Of a DNA stretch of 64,000 nt, positions 49,534 through 58,992 are shown piece after piece (the first letter of the stretch is position 1; each line of letters begins with the position of its first letter). The notes under the pieces are model-generated. The model searched no databases. It worked only from the letters and a program-made list of their open reading frames with translations, and was not told the DNA's origin. The stretch comes from an uncultured Candidatus Saccharibacteria bacterium (GTDB taxonomy: Bacteria > Patescibacteriota > Saccharimonadia > Saccharimonadales > 2-12-FULL-41-12): contig CAZTQB010000002.1 in assembly GCA_964615775.1 (NCBI GenBank), positions 21,589 to 85,588 of the forward strand, in the 5' to 3' direction. A program made the position numbers and the translations under genes.

Positions 49534-51108
49534 TTATCTAGTTTTAAGAGTAAAAATCTGTGTATTGGTGGCTTCAACCAGCTGATTATCTCTCGGGAAA
49601 AAGCATACCGCTGCAAAATCTTGCCAAGGTTTACCAGTTAAATTTGTAAACCAGTTTCGAATAATAGTTAGGTTCGCCTCTGTTATAGCTGGGTCAGCAT
49701 TAATTCCAATACTACGCATATCATAAAAAGCTGACAGTGGATAAAGACTACTTGTTTTTATAGCTGGATTGGCTGGGTCATCGGAATTTACGGTTTTTAT
49801 AGTATCCCTTAGCGATTCACTTAAAACTGCAGAACCACCACTCGCACCCGGCGAACAAACAGCATTTGCAGCACTGGCCTGCTTTATTCCGACCACGGTT
49901 GTATTGATCGGTGGCTTGCTAACCCTAGTCATCATCACGTTATTTTTTAAAACTTCACCATTAATCAACTGCAGCTTAACCGAACTAGGATTATTTGGCT
50001 GGAGTAGTGGATAGCCAGCAATAGTTACAGAAGTTCCAATAGCTACATCTTGATTGTTTATAGATTGATTAATTGATTTCATTGCATTATTAGTCGCCAC
50101 ACCTTTAGGGATCATGTAAACTGAGTCATTTGCGTCAGGACCAGTAGGTACAATCATTCTATCAACACTTGTAACTAGCTGTTTATTACTTAGCGAATCA
50201 CCGTTGTAGACACCTAGCGAACCAACATAAGATGTATCGCTATCAACGACACCCTTACCACAATGCTCTGCCGAGCGAATCGCTGCAATTTTACCTTGAC
50301 TATCTCTAACTATCGAACCACTACAACCCGAAAACTCTATATAAACTGTGTTTGCTTTCATTATTGTGCTATAAGCTTTTTCGACATCAAACGGAGGTGA
50401 CTCTGGGTTAGGTGGCTGACCTGGGTCTTTTGGAGGTGTAGTAGTCTCTGGTGGCGATATGACTGCTGGTGGTTGATTTGTCACTGCTGGCGGATCATTT
50501 ACAGTAACTTCACCTGTTGGTGGTATTGGTGTAATTTGTACACCAGGACTAGATATTGGTGCATTAGGATTCGTCGGGATTTCTGTCGTAAGCTTTTTAG
50601 CAACTTGAGGTTTTATGAAAACTGCTCTTAATTTTTTATCATTTAGGCCAATTATAGAACCTGATTTTATCGGTAAAAATACAACTTTTTTATTTTTAGG
50701 ATTGATGATCTTTCTATAAAAACCAGCCACATTTTCAGTAGTATACTGATCATCTTGTAACTTAATCGGTATGACACCGGCAAATATTAAACCATGCTTT
50801 TTAAGATCACTTTTGGCTTGATTGATAGATATTTTTTGGCCGTTTTTAATAAATGCGGGGACTCTGAAGTCTGGTTTTTTTGTACTTGTTTCGTGGATTT
50901 CGGTTGAATTTTTACCAGTTGTTATCTCTGTATCGGGTTTTTGAACTTTGGCCTGAGCTTCATCAACCACGCCTTCTCCCGACACAAGACCATTGCCTAA
51001 AACAGCACAAGTCGCAAGGACAGCTAGCGACCTTTTGCGTAACAAACTTTGGCCAGCTTCTTGCTGAGATTCTGAGTTTAAATTTGGCCCTAGTGGTTTA
51101 TTTTCCAT
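49534..51108 (-). CDS. secreted trypsin-like (S1 family) serine peptidase with Pro-rich linker
   Basis: Signal-like N-terminus, Pro-rich spacer (PPAVTNQPPAVISPPETTTPPKDPGQPPNPESPP), His motif SAEHCG and Ser motif CSPGASGGSAV. Confidence 0.65.
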   Translation of the reverse strand: MENKPLGPNLNSESQQEAGQSLLRKRSLAVLATCAVLGNGLVSGEGVVDEAQAKVQKPDTEITTGKNSTEIHETSTKKPDFRVPAFIKNGQKISINQAKSDLKKHGLIFAGVIPIKLQDDQYTTENVAGFYRKIINPKNKKVVFLPIKSGSIIGLNDKKLRAVFIKPQVAKKLTTEIPTNPNAPISSPGVQITPIPPTGEVTVNDPPAVTNQPPAVISPPETTTPPKDPGQPPNPESPPFDVEKAYSTIMKANTVYIEFSGCSGSIVRDSQGKIAAIRSAEHCGKGVVDSDTSYVGSLGVYNGDSLSNKQLVTSVDRMIVPTGPDANDSVYMIPKGVATNNAMKSINQSINNQDVAIGTSVTIAGYPLLQPNNPSSVKLQLINGEVLKNNVMMTRVSKPPINTTVVGIKQASAANAVCSPGASGGSAVLSESLRDTIKTVNSDDPANPAIKTSSLYPLSAFYDMRSIGINADPAITEANLTIIRNWFTNLTGKPWQDFAAVCFFPRDNQLVEATNTQIFTLKTR

Positions 51109-51173
51109 ATTTTTGTAATTTTTCTAAATACTAACTACATTATACTACTTTTGTCAAGTCTTTGAATATTCTT

Positions 51174-53075
51174 TTAGGATAAAATAGCCTTAATACGACG
51201 TACACCTGAGGACGAAGCTTCTTCTTTTCTAATCTGAAACTTTCTACCATCTGTAGCCAACTCGCCAGTTCGACCAACGTGTGGACCACCACAAAATTCA
51301 ATCGAATATGCCTGCTCAAGCTTAGGCTCAGTCTGGCTCGCAGTTGCGGGACCAATCGAATAAACAGATACTACGTCTGGGTATTTAGCTCCAAATTCAT
51401 GTTCAGCTTGCAGTTTTTCCGCTTGTGCTAACGGCATTTCAGAGCGAATAACTGGTAAGTCTTGGTTAATTTTATCATTTACAATTAGCTCAACTTGACC
51501 AAGCTGCTCTCGAGTTACTTTTTCTGGGTGAGCAAAATCAATCCTTAGCCGTTCAGCAGTAATATTACTACCTCTCTGCACAACATGATCACCCAACACA
51601 TCTTTCAACGCTCTTAGCAACAAATGATGGGCTGTATGCAACCGAGTAGTCTCTACTGAATGATCGGCTAATCCACCCTTGAACACTCCCTGTCCAGCCG
51701 TCCGACTGCGATCACGCTGCTTTTGCATAGCTTTATCAAAAACGTTACGCCAGTCTTTTTCCAGTTCAATACCTTGCTTATAGGCTTCTTCTAGGCTAAG
51801 TTCCATCGGGAAACCGTAAGTGTCATGTAACATAAATAAATCATCTCCACTAAGCCCGCCACTAGCTCGTTTAGAAAATTCTCTTAGACCCTTTTTAAGT
51901 GTCTCGCGAAATATTTTCTCTTCACGAACTAAAACTTCAACAATATTGGCTTCCGACTTTTTTAGCTCCGGGTAAGCTTCTTGGTATATTTTTATAACTA
52001 TTTTTGCGATTTTACTACACATTTCCTGTTCTATGCCAAGCTCAAAAGCAAAACGAATTGCTCGACGCATCAATCGACGCATAACATAACCCTGCTCTTT
52101 ATTACTGGGTTCTACACCGTTACCCGCTAAGAATACTGCCCCCCTAAAATGATCGGCGATAACCCTCATACTCTCTTGATGAGAATCATAGTGTTTGCCA
52201 CTTAAGTTCTGTAGTTCTTGAATGATCGGGTGTAAAAGACTAGTTAGATAAACATCGGGGCTATTGATAGCGGCAGCGGCAATTCTTTCTAACCCTCCGC
52301 CAAAATCAACATTTTGTTTTGGTAATTTATCAAAACCATCAACCGTCTTTATGTATTCCATAAAGACAGAGTTACCTAGCTCGATATAACGACCACAGTC
52401 GCAATTAATATGGCATTTTTCTCCATAAGTTTTGTCATGGGGTACGTCTGGATAAATATAGAAAACTTCACTGTCAGGACCTCCTGGCTCACCAACTGGC
52501 ATAGTTTCAGCCTTGCCGCTACGACACCACCAGTTTTTGTCGCCATAAAAGAATATCCTCCCACCACTCTCGCCAACTTTTGCTCCATTTTCTTCGCTAC
52601 CTAGTTCTACCTCTTTAGCATCAATACCTTTATCAGCAAATAAAACTTTCCAAATCTCAGCCGATTCGTAATCTTTAGGTATACCCACTTGCTCGTTACC
52701 ACTAAAGCACGATACGTAGATCCTATCAGGGTCAAGCTTAATTTCTTCTGTCAAAAATTCCCAAAAATTTTTTATCTGCTCGAGCTTAAAATAATCGCCT
52801 AACGACCAGTTGCCAAGCATCTCAAAAAATGTTGTATGGCGATTATCGCCAACCTCATCGATATCTTGTGAGCGTAAACAAGGCTGAGAGTTAGCTAACC
52901 GCGAACCTTCCGGGTGCGGCTCACCAAGTAAATAAGGAATAAGCGGCTGCATGCCAGAACCAGTAAAAAGCGTTGTTGGATCGTTGAGCGGCAAAAGTGG
53001 AGCAGGTGGAATAATTTGGTGATTTTTTTTCTTTAAAAAATCTAGATATTTCTGACGTATTTCTTGTGCATTCAT
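51174..53075 (-). CDS. alaS: alanine--tRNA ligase, short form lacking the C-Ala domain
   Basis: Class II core (FTGSGMQP, RHTTFFEMLGNWSLGDYF) and editing-domain motifs (HTAHHLLLRAL, CGGPHV). It ends at GVRRIKAILS after 633 aa. Confidence 0.93.
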   Translation of the reverse strand: MNAQEIRQKYLDFLKKKNHQIIPPAPLLPLNDPTTLFTGSGMQPLIPYLLGEPHPEGSRLANSQPCLRSQDIDEVGDNRHTTFFEMLGNWSLGDYFKLEQIKNFWEFLTEEIKLDPDRIYVSCFSGNEQVGIPKDYESAEIWKVLFADKGIDAKEVELGSEENGAKVGESGGRIFFYGDKNWWCRSGKAETMPVGEPGGPDSEVFYIYPDVPHDKTYGEKCHINCDCGRYIELGNSVFMEYIKTVDGFDKLPKQNVDFGGGLERIAAAAINSPDVYLTSLLHPIIQELQNLSGKHYDSHQESMRVIADHFRGAVFLAGNGVEPSNKEQGYVMRRLMRRAIRFAFELGIEQEMCSKIAKIVIKIYQEAYPELKKSEANIVEVLVREEKIFRETLKKGLREFSKRASGGLSGDDLFMLHDTYGFPMELSLEEAYKQGIELEKDWRNVFDKAMQKQRDRSRTAGQGVFKGGLADHSVETTRLHTAHHLLLRALKDVLGDHVVQRGSNITAERLRIDFAHPEKVTREQLGQVELIVNDKINQDLPVIRSEMPLAQAEKLQAEHEFGAKYPDVVSVYSIGPATASQTEPKLEQAYSIEFCGGPHVGRTGELATDGRKFQIRKEEASSSGVRRIKAILS

Positions 53076-53104
53076 AAGTTATATTGTACCAATTTCAATC
53101 TGTT

Positions 53105-54172
53105 TTAAGCAATAATTCCGCCACCAACAACTCGGCTATCGTCATAAATTACAGCTGATTGACCAGCTGCCAAACCCCGTTGCGGTTCGTCAAGCTTGAT
53201 TATTAAACTATCATCTTTTAGCAATAAACTACAATCAACTAATGGACCACGGTACCTTAGTCTAACTTGATATTTTTGGTTAATGGTTGGACGGTCATTA
53301 ATATAATGAACAGAAGTCACTTTGACTTCATCGTGCCATAAATTAGTGTCGGATAAGTTTGTAGTGACGTAGACAATATTCTTTGTCATATCTTTGCTAG
53401 CCACATAATATGGTAAGCCACCACCAATATTTAGCCCATGACGCTGGCCAATAGTATAAAAAATCGCCCCATCGTGCATACCGACCACAACACCATTAGT
53501 GTCAACAATCGCTCCAGGCTCTACTTGAACATATTGCCGAAGAAAATCTTTTATACCAACTTTACCAACAAAGCATATACCTTGGCTGTCCTTTTTTTCA
53601 GCTGTGTCTAAACTGCGTTCGCGGGCTGCCTGCCTGACTTCATCTTTGCTGGCAAATTGCCCAATTGGCATTAATGACTTTGCTAAAGCCGACTGCTTAA
53701 CTCGATACAAGAAATAGGTCTGGTCTTTAACAAGATTATTCGCCATACGCAGTTCAGTTTGGCTAGAAAATTGCTTGCTTTTAGCTACGACTGCGTAATG
53801 TCCAGTTGCAATCATATCGGCTCCACTGCTAAGTGCAGTTTGCAAAAAGAGCTTAAACTTTACTTCTTGGTTACACATAATATCGGGATTTGGCGTGCGA
53901 CCCACGGTATATTCTTCTATCATGTAGTCAACGACTTTTTGCTTATATTCTTTTTGAAAATCATAGACTTCTAGATTAATACCTAGACTAACTGCAACTC
54001 GCTTAGCATCCTGATAATCTTCATACCAAGGGCAAATCATTCCTGGCAAATCTTGCGTCCAGTTTTTCATATAAACGCCAGTTACATCATAGCCCTGCTC
54101 GATTAAAAGAGCAGCGGTTAACGAACTATCGACTCCACCACTCATACCAACAAAAACCTTTATATTTTTCAT
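53105..54172 (-). CDS. mnmA: tRNA 2-thiouridine(34) synthase MnmA
   Basis: PP-loop VGMSGGVDSS, catalytic Cys motifs (PNPDIMCN, DSQGICF) and the characteristic C-terminal beta-barrel. Confidence 0.95.
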   Translation of the reverse strand: MKNIKVFVGMSGGVDSSLTAALLIEQGYDVTGVYMKNWTQDLPGMICPWYEDYQDAKRVAVSLGINLEVYDFQKEYKQKVVDYMIEEYTVGRTPNPDIMCNQEVKFKLFLQTALSSGADMIATGHYAVVAKSKQFSSQTELRMANNLVKDQTYFLYRVKQSALAKSLMPIGQFASKDEVRQAARERSLDTAEKKDSQGICFVGKVGIKDFLRQYVQVEPGAIVDTNGVVVGMHDGAIFYTIGQRHGLNIGGGLPYYVASKDMTKNIVYVTTNLSDTNLWHDEVKVTSVHYINDRPTINQKYQVRLRYRGPLVDCSLLLKDDSLIIKLDEPQRGLAAGQSAVIYDDSRVVGGGIIA

Positions 54173-54291
54173 AACACTAAATTATATCAGATATACACCT
54201 ACCAGCTAGTTAACGGCAATCCATTATGTAAGACTTAAGTTTAAGCATTCCTATCTATTGAGGAACAAAAGAAGCGTAAAGTTCAATTAAA

Positions 54292-55191
54292 TTAATTATC
54301 ATCACGATCCTCAAGTCGTTTTCTTAGGACCTTAAGTTCGTACTTTCTACCTAAGTAAAAGGTTGAGGCGATTAGTGGAATGGCAATTGCAGCCGGCTGC
54401 CATAAAATTTTGGTTTTTTCCTGTGTTTTTTCATTTTTTTGATCGGCAGAATTTTTTGCATCAGCTGCAGACTGCGAAACCGGTCCGTTAGCAACTGCTA
54501 CCAACTGCAAGAATGCCACAGAGCCATTTTTATCAACTGCCCTAATAACCACATTATAAACACCAGAGTTTTGGTATGTATGCTCGATATTTATCGTGCC
54601 AGCAAACTGAATACTCTTCAAGTCATCTTGCTTACCATCACCCCAATCGATTGTCATGGCATATGGGCCATCGCCACCAGTTAGAGTAATTGGCCAGGTC
54701 AATTTTTGGCCAGGATTAGCACCTTTTTTTGCAAAACTCGAAGTTAAGGCAATCTTCGCTCCAATATTTATACCATTAACTGGTACGGTGACCCTAACAA
54801 CAGCTGAGTCAGGACCGGCTTGATCTAAATCGTCATAAACTCTTGCAACCAGCTCGTTCATACCAGTAAACAGATCTATTTTGATCGAAAAACTTCCATT
54901 ACTACACTGCGATGAACCAGCAAAAACATTGTTTTTGAACAACTTCACCAATGTGTTATTAGGACAAATGCCGGTAACAGTAGTTATCGTTTCAGTTGTT
55001 GAAGTACCATCACGAGGGAAAGAAATGCTAGCCGGTGTGGTAGGTGGTGGCGAAGAAATCTTACCTTCTAGACCAACCGACCCAGACTGCTCAGCAGCAA
55101 AAACCAGTATTGGGGCAAAAAATATCATCAAACAAAATACAGCCACACCAAGTGAAGATATTGCTAGCAAAAGATTATTAGTTATTTTCAT
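54292..55191 (-). CDS. surface protein with Ig-like and PKD domains and a C-terminal TM anchor
   Basis: Signal/TM N-terminus. PKD signature GGDGPYAMTIDWGDGKQDD...HTYQNSGVYNVVIRAVDKNGS. C-terminal helix WQPAAIAIPLIASTFYLG followed by a charged tail. Confidence 0.75.
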   Translation of the reverse strand: MKITNNLLLAISSLGVAVFCLMIFFAPILVFAAEQSGSVGLEGKISSPPPTTPASISFPRDGTSTTETITTVTGICPNNTLVKLFKNNVFAGSSQCSNGSFSIKIDLFTGMNELVARVYDDLDQAGPDSAVVRVTVPVNGINIGAKIALTSSFAKKGANPGQKLTWPITLTGGDGPYAMTIDWGDGKQDDLKSIQFAGTINIEHTYQNSGVYNVVIRAVDKNGSVAFLQLVAVANGPVSQSAADAKNSADQKNEKTQEKTKILWQPAAIAIPLIASTFYLGRKYELKVLRKRLEDRDDN

Positions 55192-55254
55192 TATTAAATC
55201 TCTTATGTATATATTAGCTTCTCGTTCAAAAATTTTCTAGTTCTAAACAAAGTT

Positions 55255-55297
55255 AAAAAAGTCCTTACTATAGACTTAGCTATAGCAGGACTTTTTT
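55255..55297 (-). terminator. intrinsic terminator between the DUF916-like gene and the PKD gene
   Basis: AAAAAAGTCCTTACTATAG ... CTATAGCAGGACTTTTTT forms a long hairpin. T-runs lie on both strands. Confidence 0.7.
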
Positions 55298-55311
55298 ATG
55301 ACTAATTATTT

Positions 55312-56319
55312 TTAGCGTCGATTACGACTAGATCCATTGACCTTTTTGCGATAAACCATGTATCCAGCAACAACTAGTAAGACCACGACTGCAAGCACAG
55401 CTATAACAAACCACAGTGGAAGGTACCAAAATGACTTTTTGACATTTACTACCTCGCCACCATTACCATAAGCTATGCCAGCAACAATCGTATATTTACC
55501 TGGCATTTTGACACCGCTGATGCCATCAGTGAAAACTCTTTTTGATCGAGGTAAAACAATGGCTTTTGGATCTTTATTATTTAGGTCGTACTTACTGACT
55601 TCTTTTGAACCTTTTTCAACCGTTACAGCTCCAAATGGTCGAGCAAAACCATTACCTAAGTTCTCGATAGTTAATGAAACTTTCTGTGGATTCTGAAATA
55701 TGGAAGCTTTTTTACCATTACTGTTAAGTAGACTTACATCGTTGATGCTAATTTTCTGGGTAATTTCGCCTGGCACCTCCAAAAAAACTAAGTGAGCCAC
55801 GCTGGCAGTCAAAGAAACTTGACGCTTAGTCTCGTCAACATTACCATCAGAGCTTACAGGTATAGCAGCATAACGCAAGGCACCAAAGTAAGCACCTGGA
55901 GCAGCCGACACAGGTACGCTCAAAGTATTTTCTATCTGCTTAGTCTCATTTGGCTTTAGCCTAAAGGGAGTTAAGTTAGTAATCATATTCTTTAGCGAAT
56001 AAGCTGTATTTTCTTTTTTGTCATCAATAATGATAGATGGGTCACCAGATGTGTTATCTGACACAAAGTCATTTAGCACAACTTGAGCCTCTACTTCACC
56101 CTGTGTAACGTTTTTTATTGTTACTGTAAATTTTTTTGACTCACCACGGTTGACACTTAAGTCAGTCCTGGTTGGTGAAAGCTGTAGTCCACTACCTCCG
56201 TTTTGAGTATTTGAAGTCTGTGCATGCACAAATGTACCAAAAATTGGCAATAGACTAAGTACCCCAACTAAGGCAGCGGTTAAAGTTTTTTTACGAAAAG
56301 ACACGATTTTTTCCTCCAT
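55312..56319 (-). CDS. two-domain Ig-like surface protein with C-terminal TM anchor, resembling WxL-interacting proteins (DUF916 + DUF3324)
   Basis: Signal peptide (TLTAALVGVLSLLPIFGTFVHAQT). First module LQLSPTRTDLSVNRGESKKFTVTIKNVTQGEVEAQVVLNDF...APGAYFGALRY. Second module SLTIENLGNGFARPFGAVTV...MPGKYTIVAGIAY. TM helix plus basic tail (YRKKVNGSSRNRR). The start is at ATG 56319 or GTG 56304; the track ORF extends to 56355. Confidence 0.7.
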   Translation of the reverse strand: MEEKIVSFRKKTLTAALVGVLSLLPIFGTFVHAQTSNTQNGGSGLQLSPTRTDLSVNRGESKKFTVTIKNVTQGEVEAQVVLNDFVSDNTSGDPSIIIDDKKENTAYSLKNMITNLTPFRLKPNETKQIENTLSVPVSAAPGAYFGALRYAAIPVSSDGNVDETKRQVSLTASVAHLVFLEVPGEITQKISINDVSLLNSNGKKASIFQNPQKVSLTIENLGNGFARPFGAVTVEKGSKEVSKYDLNNKDPKAIVLPRSKRVFTDGISGVKMPGKYTIVAGIAYGNGGEVVNVKKSFWYLPLWFVIAVLAVVVLLVVAGYMVYRKKVNGSSRNRR

Positions 56320-56403
56320 TTTTGATTTAGCCTTTAGAATAATAATAAATACCATTAACGTTTTTGTAAATAGCAGTTAAGTAATTATTATCAAAAAATA
56401 TAA

Positions 56404-57438
56404 CTAAAATGATGCCGTGGCAATGTAAGTAAGCGTAGTGTTATATATGCCCGCTGGCTGCGAACTAGATACATTTACAAGATAACTAACAGTAAAGACA
56501 TTGAAATCAGTTGAAGTAGTAGACTTAGAAATAGTTTGGTTTTTAAATGTAAACATATTGGGTTGATTATAGTCTGCAAGAGCAACCGAGGTACCAGCTC
56601 CAGCCGGATCTCTACCTATATTGGGTGCTGAGTTAGTACGCAAATTCATGCCAAACTGACTAACGCCCGGAATACTAACAGCCGGAGAATTAAGTGCTGG
56701 TATGGCATTGGTACCTGAAGACATTGTTATCCCATAAACTGAGGTACTGTAACCCGTTGGGTCATTAGTTGCTCCCGCATACTGTGATGTCAAAGATTTT
56801 GGTCCCGTTTTTGACAATTCACCAAAGCCAACAAAATCACCATTGGCCGACGAACAATCGTTAGCAACCGTTACGCCAACACAAAACGTCAAATACGGCG
56901 GTACAAAGCCGCTAACTGTAACTTGCTTGGCTGTAGAGAAGGCAACAGTGCCGTCATCTACCCTTGGTCCTAAGGCACCAACCCCAGAAAAACTAGATAC
57001 TCTCACAAAAACTGTTTGTTCCGAAGACGGATTGGTAATATTTGTAAAACTATAGCTAGCACTGCCAATAGATGTCGTACCTGGCAACCTAGAAACTACA
57101 ATCTTATTGGCAGTAGTAGCCGCGTCCATAGCAAAACCCATCTCGCCAGATTGACTTGCCAAGGTAGCTGCAGACACGCTTAGACCAGTCGGTGGCACGC
57201 AGGGCGAGCCAACCAGCGGGCTATTGACACAGTACTCAAATTCTAACGAACCAACATTATTGACCGTTGGGTAATCAAACTTAAAATTGTGATAAGTATT
57301 AACCGACACATTCGAGCTACCAATCACTACACTACGATTAGTCATTTGATAAGCCTTTGAGTCGGCTTGTAAAAATAGTAGCCCGAAAAGTGCTACTAAC
57401 GTAAGGATAGCCACCCTATGTTCATTAAACATACGCAT
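56404..57438 (-). CDS. secreted two-domain fibre/adhesin-like protein, paralog D (C-terminal ...AGIYNTTLTYIATASF)
   Basis: Signal peptide (VAILTLVALFGLLFLQADSKA). It shares an N-domain with the 455-aa paralog and a C-domain with all three paralogs (FGMNLRTN and the terminal motif). The start is probably ATG 57438; the track start at 57477 abuts the upstream terminator. Confidence 0.75.
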   Translation of the reverse strand: MRMFNEHRVAILTLVALFGLLFLQADSKAYQMTNRSVVIGSSNVSVNTYHNFKFDYPTVNNVGSLEFEYCVNSPLVGSPCVPPTGLSVSAATLASQSGEMGFAMDAATTANKIVVSRLPGTTSIGSASYSFTNITNPSSEQTVFVRVSSFSGVGALGPRVDDGTVAFSTAKQVTVSGFVPPYLTFCVGVTVANDCSSANGDFVGFGELSKTGPKSLTSQYAGATNDPTGYSTSVYGITMSSGTNAIPALNSPAVSIPGVSQFGMNLRTNSAPNIGRDPAGAGTSVALADYNQPNMFTFKNQTISKSTTSTDFNVFTVSYLVNVSSSQPAGIYNTTLTYIATASF

Positions 57439-57475
57439 ATGTAGATTATTATACTCTAATCTGCTTATGTTCAAC

Positions 57476-57505
57476 AAAAATCCTCCACATAGTAGTGGAG
57501 GATTT
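57476..57505 (-). terminator. strong intrinsic terminator directly after the 455-aa paralog
   Basis: AAATCCTCCAC (57478-57488) and GTGGAGGATTT (57495-57505) form a perfect 11-bp stem with a 6-nt loop. TTTTT follows on the minus strand. Confidence 0.8.
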
Positions 57506-57531
57506 AAGTTTAGCTAAGTTAGGCTACTTAT

Positions 57532-58899
57532 TTAGAAAGTAGGTGTAGCAATGTATGTGCTTTGTACAGTATAAGCACCGGTTGGTGTAGTTGCACTTGC
57601 TGTAGCACCAAACCGCATCTTAATTAGCTCGTCGTCAACAACTGTTGTAGAGCTAGCTAAATTAACAGCCGTACCAGTGGCATTCCAGGCAAACTTATCA
57701 CTTACCTCTGCTGTCTGGCAATCACGCGATCCAGTGTCAGCTATTACAGAGTCTCCGTCGTAGGCAGCAGTAACGCTACCTAAGTTAGATGTTGTACCAG
57801 CTGCTGCTTGAGTAGTGGAGTTTGTAATACATGCAACTTGCATACCAAACCGCTCTGTACCGGCAGTAAGAGTCTCACCAGACGAACTAGCACTTACAAA
57901 ACACTGATCAACTAAGCTAGTGCCGCTAACGTTACAGGTTGCACCAGGTACACGGAAAGCACGTAATTCGTTAGTACCGGTTGCTGCTTGAGAAGCATAG
58001 TAGGCTACAGCTACGCCGTTGGAGGCGTTAGTATTTACTATGGCTGCACCGAAGCGATCGTTACCGGTGGAGCTAGGAGGTGTATTATTGACAGGTGCTT
58101 TAGCAATACTTGAATTATCAATTACACCAAGATCTACTACACTGCTTGCATTTGCTTCAGTTGCAGAGCAGCTAGTTGGATAGTTAGTAGCAGCAGTTCC
58201 AACTGTTGCACTAGAACCAGCAGCGTCATCTAAGGCAAATACACAGAAAACTAGTCTTTCCTGTACCCTACCTATAACAGTAAGCTGATTAACGATTGAG
58301 GCAGCCACAACTCCGTCATGCTGCAAAGTAGTAAAAGTTGAGTCACTATATACCCCTACTCTGACGTAAACAGTTGTGTTGTTGCCAGATGGTATTGATG
58401 GATTAGTTACAGTATTGATTACTACTGTTTTTGCTGCTGTGTCTTCAGCAGTACCAGCTGTTCTGGTTAGACAGTAGGTAGTGGCAGTGTTGTCACCCGA
58501 AGTTCCTTGACCATCACAAGAGCCAGCGTTGGCACCTGAATACTCAGCAAAGGATGCTGGTTGTGAAAAGCCTGATTGGCTACCATAAGCTACTGTGGCA
58601 TAACCAACATTCATACCGGTTGGTAATGTACAAGTACCTAGTGGTGCCGTACAGAACTTAAATACTAACCCCTGCATTACTACAGAAGTTGTAGGAGTGA
58701 AGCTAAATGAATAGCTAACACCAGTTGCACTTGGCTGCGAGGTAGAAATGGTTACGCTGCGCGTAGCCAAAGTGTCGGCATTAGCTATCCCTTGGAAAGT
58801 CAGTGGTACAAGACCAGCGACTGCCATGACAATAGCGACTGCCATTAGGGATGTACGCTTTACTCGCATTTTAGCGACATCAAGGTGATTTTTTATCAT
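57532..58899 (-). CDS. secreted two-domain fibre/adhesin-like protein, paralog C (candidate major subunit; ends ...TGAYTVQSTYIATPTF)
   Basis: Strong SD AAAAGGAGAAAAG. Signal peptide ending GIANA|DT. The 455-aa protein is very rich in Thr/Ser/Ala/Gly/Val and has few charged residues. It has several Cys pairs and the ERFGMQV motif. Confidence 0.8.
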   Translation of the reverse strand: MIKNHLDVAKMRVKRTSLMAVAIVMAVAGLVPLTFQGIANADTLATRSVTISTSQPSATGVSYSFSFTPTTSVVMQGLVFKFCTAPLGTCTLPTGMNVGYATVAYGSQSGFSQPASFAEYSGANAGSCDGQGTSGDNTATTYCLTRTAGTAEDTAAKTVVINTVTNPSIPSGNNTTVYVRVGVYSDSTFTTLQHDGVVAASIVNQLTVIGRVQERLVFCVFALDDAAGSSATVGTAATNYPTSCSATEANASSVVDLGVIDNSSIAKAPVNNTPPSSTGNDRFGAAIVNTNASNGVAVAYYASQAATGTNELRAFRVPGATCNVSGTSLVDQCFVSASSSGETLTAGTERFGMQVACITNSTTQAAAGTTSNLGSVTAAYDGDSVIADTGSRDCQTAEVSDKFAWNATGTAVNLASSTTVVDDELIKMRFGATASATTPTGAYTVQSTYIATPTF

Positions 58900-58959
58900 C
58901 TTTTCTCCTTTTATTGTTTTTTTGTTTTAGTTAATATGTGACTATTTTATAGCATATGC

Positions 58960-58968
58960 ATTATAACA
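58960..58968 (-). promoter_or_regulatory. extended -10 element TGTTATAAT upstream of paralog C
   Basis: The reverse complement of ATTATAACA at 58960-58968 is TGTTATAAT. It lies about 60 nt upstream of the ATG in the 92-nt gap after paralog B. Confidence 0.5.
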
Positions 58969-58992
58969 AAGCAATAGTTTTTTAAAGATTGT

